Position numbers and translations under genes: made by a program. From assembly GCA_965203355.1 (NCBI GenBank), contig OZ241889.1:3232001-3296000 (forward strand): DNA of 64,000 bases, given 5' to 3'. The notes under the pieces are model-generated. The model was not told the DNA's origin. It saw only the letters and a program-made list of their open reading frames with translations, and did no database searches. Below are positions 61,101 to 64,000 of the stretch, piece by piece. The DNA comes from Candidatus Latescibacterota bacterium. GTDB taxonomy: Bacteria > Latescibacterota > UBA2968 > UBA8231. Position 1 is the first letter of the stretch, and each line of letters opens with the position of its first letter.

Positions 61101-62407
61101 GATCTAGGGAACATGGCGCAACAATGCCGCGCGTGCTTATGGTGCTGTTCTGCACGGTCCTGCAGGTCTGTTTTGGCACGGTGTACGCGTGGAGCTTCTT
61201 CCAGACGCTCTTGGTGCGGCAGTTGGGCTGGTCATTCACCGAGACGGCTTGGGCTTTCAGCCTGACGATCCTCTCGCTCGGCACTTCGGCGGCTTGGGCC
61301 GGCGCCCGGCTACCAAAGGTCGGGCCGCGGCGCTTGGCCGTGACCGGCAGCGTCCTGTTCTCGGCTGGCTATATGCTGGCGAGTCTGGCCCTGCGCTGGG
61401 ACGCGCTCGCGCTGTTTTACGTGGGATACGGCGTCATTGGCGGGGCGGGCATTGGCCTGGGCTACGTCACGCCCGTGGCGACGGTGGCCAAGTGGTTCCC
61501 GGACAAAAAGGGCTTGGCGACCGGCATTGTCGTCATGGGGTTCGGGGTGGGGGCTTTGCTGTTGAGTAAGGGCCTAGCCCCCCTGCTAGTCTCCCACTTA
61601 GAAGGCGATCTGTCCCGCGTCTTCTTGGGGCTTGGGATAATTTTCGCCATCGTCCTCATCCCTTGCAGCTTGCTGTTGAGCAATCCCCCGGCCGCCGCTG
61701 AAGCGGTCGCCGCACAAACGCCCGCCGACGAGTCCGCCTCGGTCGCGCCGTACCTGCGCTCCTCTGAGTTCGCCCTCATGTGGATCGTCTTCTTCTTCAA
61801 CATCGCCGCGGGCATCTCGGTCATCAGCTTTCAGTCGGAACTCCTGCAAGAGGTTTGGGGGTTGGCCGATCCAACCGTCGAGCCGGCCACGCTGGCCGAC
61901 TATGGCGCCACGCTGATCGCCGTCAGTTCGCTGTGCAATGGCGTGGGGCGGCTGTTCTGGGGCTTGCTCTCGGATCGGTTGGGGCGCGTCCAAGTCTTCA
62001 GGATTCTGCTCGCCAGCCAAATGGTCGTGTTTGGCATTTTGATGACCGAGCGCAACCCTTGGGTCTTTTCGGTTCTCATTTGTTACGTCCTCTTGTGCTT
62101 TGGCGGCGGCTTTGCCACCATGCCCTCTTTCGTGCTCGACGTTTTTGGCCCGCAAAAGATGTCGACGATGTACGGGACCATTTTGACGGCTTGGGCCGCG
62201 GCCGGGATTTGCGGGCCCCTGTACGTGGGGTATCTCAAGGATCAATATCCCGACCGGGCGTTCATCTATTGCTTCCTAATCGGCATTCTGATGCTTGGGC
62301 TTGGCTACGTATTCTCGTATTTGTTAAGCGACGATCGCATTCGCCTCCGTCGGCCCACCGCCGAGGATACGCTGCGCCAGTATGGCATTTTGCCCCAAGG
62401 TAGCTGA
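61097..62407 (+). CDS. OFA-family MFS transporter (oxalate/formate antiporter-like)
   Basis: GTVYAWS, GLGYVTPV..KWFPDKKGLATG, NGVGRLFWG.LSDRLGR, GGGFATMP; start may be ATG 61124. Confidence 0.9.
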   Translation: MRSREHGATMPRVLMVLFCTVLQVCFGTVYAWSFFQTLLVRQLGWSFTETAWAFSLTILSLGTSAAWAGARLPKVGPRRLAVTGSVLFSAGYMLASLALRWDALALFYVGYGVIGGAGIGLGYVTPVATVAKWFPDKKGLATGIVVMGFGVGALLLSKGLAPLLVSHLEGDLSRVFLGLGIIFAIVLIPCSLLLSNPPAAAEAVAAQTPADESASVAPYLRSSEFALMWIVFFFNIAAGISVISFQSELLQEVWGLADPTVEPATLADYGATLIAVSSLCNGVGRLFWGLLSDRLGRVQVFRILLASQMVVFGILMTERNPWVFSVLICYVLLCFGGGFATMPSFVLDVFGPQKMSTMYGTILTAWAAAGICGPLYVGYLKDQYPDRAFIYCFLIGILMLGLGYVFSYLLSDDRIRLRRPTAEDTLRQYGILPQGS

Positions 62408-62420
62408 ACGGCGGGCCACT

Positions 62421-63599
62421 TCACGCCACCGTCTGAAACCGCTCCCACGCCTCGCCCGCGGCCGCTGCACGGCGCTCCAGCTCGCTGCGCCAACCCGCGA
62501 CTTCCCCGGCTTTAATGCGCTGGATATCAAACCCCGCGTACCGATCTTCGAGCGTGTCCCCTAACTTTTGGGTCTCGGCCCAACGCTCCCACGCGGTCTT
62601 CATCCACTCGTGCGGCAAGGCATCGCGCACCGCTGGATCGAGTTGCCACGCATTGCGCGCGTCCGCCACGGACGGCTCTCCAGTGAACGGACCCGACCAC
62701 TTGGACCAGCCGATAGACAAGGTGTTGCGCTCGCGCTCGGGGACCGTGTGCCCGGTGTGGATCGCGACCCCATTGCGGATGAGGGCTTCCCCGGGCTTGA
62801 GCCGGATCGCCACCTGGCCCGGCAAGGGGTCCTTCCCGTTCCAACTCGGCGTGTGCGGCACCCCTTGGTCCTTCATGGATTGCGGCAAGAGCACATCGTG
62901 CTCAAACGGCGTGCGCCAGCGCTCGTGGCTGCCCGGGATGAGTTCGTGGCACTCGTCGTCCACCAGCGCCAAGAACATGCTCACGCCGTTCCGCTCGGCG
63001 AGCGACCGGGCGTTGTTGGCGCGAATTGCTGCCCAGCGAACCTTTTCGACTTCTTCGGAAAAATCCGCCGGGCGGTCCCCGCGGTTGTCCTGTTGCGAAA
63101 AATAGGGCTTGCCCGTGCCCCACCACGTCACATCGCGGTGCCAACTCGGCCCATTCTCGTGCCGCCGCGGATTGCACCACAGCAGCATACCGCTCATCAC
63201 CATATCCTCAGGCCCAAGCCCATGACACCACGAGGCCACGAAATCGAGGAAATCGTCCGAGCCGTGGAACTCGGCAAAGCAAGGCTCCTTAAAAGCGGGA
63301 TGGACCAGGCCGCGAATCGCCCACGGCTCATGGCCAGCCGCGCGATGCACGTAGCCTCTTGAGCAGTCGATCTGGCTGTAGCCGTGCTCGGGGGCGCAGG
63401 CCTCGGTGACGCGGCGACCGGCCGCGCGCAGAATGGGGATCCACGGGCTATCGACAAAGTCGGTGATGATGACGAAACCATGCTCCCGCAAGTGTTCCAA
63501 CCGCTCGGGCGTGGCCCCGCGAGCGGCGAGTTCGGGCTTGGCGTCGGCAAAAGCTGTGGCGCGGTAGGTCTGCTGGGACGGAGCTTGATCGGTCGTCAT
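62421..63599 (-). CDS. Phytanoyl-CoA dioxygenase (PhyH) family protein
   Basis: WHRD, LIPGSH, LKPGE...IHTG...R. Confidence 0.8.
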   Translation of the reverse strand: MTTDQAPSQQTYRATAFADAKPELAARGATPERLEHLREHGFVIITDFVDSPWIPILRAAGRRVTEACAPEHGYSQIDCSRGYVHRAAGHEPWAIRGLVHPAFKEPCFAEFHGSDDFLDFVASWCHGLGPEDMVMSGMLLWCNPRRHENGPSWHRDVTWWGTGKPYFSQQDNRGDRPADFSEEVEKVRWAAIRANNARSLAERNGVSMFLALVDDECHELIPGSHERWRTPFEHDVLLPQSMKDQGVPHTPSWNGKDPLPGQVAIRLKPGEALIRNGVAIHTGHTVPERERNTLSIGWSKWSGPFTGEPSVADARNAWQLDPAVRDALPHEWMKTAWERWAETQKLGDTLEDRYAGFDIQRIKAGEVAGWRSELERRAAAAGEAWERFQTVA

Positions 63600-63769
63600 G
63601 TTGCACTCTCTCTTTCGGCGGATGGGAAGGTTGGCCTTGTTGGCGGACCTAAGCTACGTTTGGCCTCATTGGCTTGTCAATGGACTTTAGGTAGTGGAAC
63701 TTCCTGCGTTATATTTCGTTATATTCTCAAAATTCAAACCATGCAGGCGACCATTTCCCCTCCGTGCCC

Positions 63770-64000
63770 ATGCCAGCTCCCAACATCGTCTATATCCACT
63801 CGCACGACACCGGCCGCTACGTCCAGCCCTACGGCCATGCCATACCCACGCCGCACATCCAGCAGCTAGCCGAGGAAGGCGTCCTCTTCCGCCAAGCCTT
63901 TTGCGCCAACCCCACCTGCTCGCCTAGCCGCGCCTGCCTACTCACCGGCCAGTGGGCCCATTCCTGCGGCATGACCGGCTTGGTCAATCGCGGCTGGACC
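63770..64000 (+). CDS. Sulfatase, N-terminal part (runs off the window edge)
   Basis: Not in the ORF track: MPAPNIVYIHSHDTGRYVQPYG...PTCSPSRACLLTG, canonical CxPxR. Confidence 0.9.
   Translation, partial: MPAPNIVYIHSHDTGRYVQPYGHAIPTPHIQQLAEEGVLFRQAFCANPTCSPSRACLLTGQWAHSCGMTGLVNRGWT

Overview
A 64-kb bacterial chromosomal window, GC-rich overall with AT-richer islands. The gene set (sulfatases, Gfo/Idh/MocA and PhyH-type oxidoreductases, plant-type LRR/dockerin lipoprotein, three FlgD-Ig surface paralogs) suggests a Latescibacterota/Gemmatimonadota-like, possibly sponge-associated organism; this is inference only. Core and metabolic genes (cysS, pyrR, acuI-like, aminotransferase, lipid/glycosyl operon) are interleaved with many defence modules: (i) an operon of three dynamin-like GTPases at the left edge, preceded by a ~330-nt, highly structured leader; (ii) an intact ApaLI-like Type II RM pair; (iii) a two-methylase RM locus whose nuclease is internally deleted; (iv) a Type I RM locus whose HsdS carries an N-terminal MNT antitoxin domain next to a HEPN toxin, with OLD-like, AAA_21/DUF4276 and Schlafen(AlbA_2) cargo between hsdS and hsdR. 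Four toxic effectors (RES, VapC, PmeII-like nuclease, DUF4276) are truncated. Best candidates for undescribed biology: the structured RNA + triple-dynamin operon, the HEPN/MNT-HsdS-guarded Type I RM cassette, a binding protein + output-less HAMP sensor + OFA-MFS trio, and an unassigned structured RNA near 18 kb. No rRNA, tRNA, CRISPR array, integrase or transposase was recognised. All family assignments are from motif recognition by eye, not database searches.
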